Source of the DNA: Armatimonadia bacterium
GTDB lineage: Bacteria > Armatimonadota > Zipacnadia > Zipacnadales > UBA11051
Assembly (NCBI GenBank): GCA_039683575.1
Contig: JBDKRC010000202.1
Location: 1 to 14,221 of the forward strand
Length of the DNA: 14,221 bases
Direction of reading: 5' to 3'
The position numbers were made by a program, and so were the translations under genes. Shown one piece after another: positions 14,118 to 14,221 of this stretch (positions are counted from its first letter, which is position 1; every line of letters starts with the position of its first letter). The notes below the pieces were generated by a model that was not told where the DNA came from, made no database searches, and was given only the letters and a program-made list of their open reading frames with translations.

Positions 14118-14221
14118 AACAGGCCCTTCTGGCGACGCGAGGTGCTGTACGGCGGGATCTCCTGCAGGCGCGCCATGATGCTCCAGAAGCCGGCATAGGC
14201 GTCGTGGAGCTTGCTGTTGCG
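14114..14221 (-). CDS. 3' end of an upstream gene (...RNSKLHDAYAGFWSIMARLQEIPPYSTSRRQKGLF*)
   Basis: Open frame from the window edge to TGA at 14116-14114, coupled (TTGA) to the MTase start; GC-ending codons. Confidence 0.7.
   Translation of the reverse strand, partial: RNSKLHDAYAGFWSIMARLQEIPPYSTSRRQKGLF

Larger units (their letters stand above)
1..14221. mobile_element. Part of a tailed phage / prophage / phage-plasmid genome
   Basis: Portal, terminase, tail fibre-like, RdgC, Ead/Ea22-like, dUTPase, dCMP deaminase and orphan MTase genes; tight ATGA/GTGA/TTGA gene overlaps; no typical host housekeeping operon. Element boundaries are not visible. Confidence 0.92.

Noticed and set aside
7459-14198. 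Long + strand ORFs (7459..8520, 8578..10020, 10527..11822, 12084..12818, 12831..14198)
   Set aside because: Antisense shadows of well-supported minus-strand genes, expected with high GC3, with no recognisable motifs.

Overview
GC-rich segment of a tailed-phage genome (prophage or P1-like phage-plasmid, probably with a proteobacterial host). Late genes are scattered among early genes. The late genes are a portal operon (minus strand), a divergently transcribed tail fibre/spike-like gene, and an unusually long terminase large subunit. The early/accessory genes are rdgC, an Eac-like protein, dCMP deaminase, a DUF2591-like protein, a dUTPase fusion, an Ead/Ea22-like protein and a DUF4942-type DNA methyltransferase. 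Three features stand out. (1) A ~220-nt, almost fully base-paired, probably doubly pseudoknotted candidate ncRNA lies inside the portal operon (61-280, minus strand). (2) The terminase has a degenerate Terminase_6-type ATPase domain fused ahead of a complete lambda-GpA-type terminase. (3) A candidate late-promoter element, GTCGTGAC-N2-(-10 box), occurs only ahead of the portal, tail and terminase genes, and two of these transcripts would be leaderless. All family assignments are from motif recognition by eye, not database searches.
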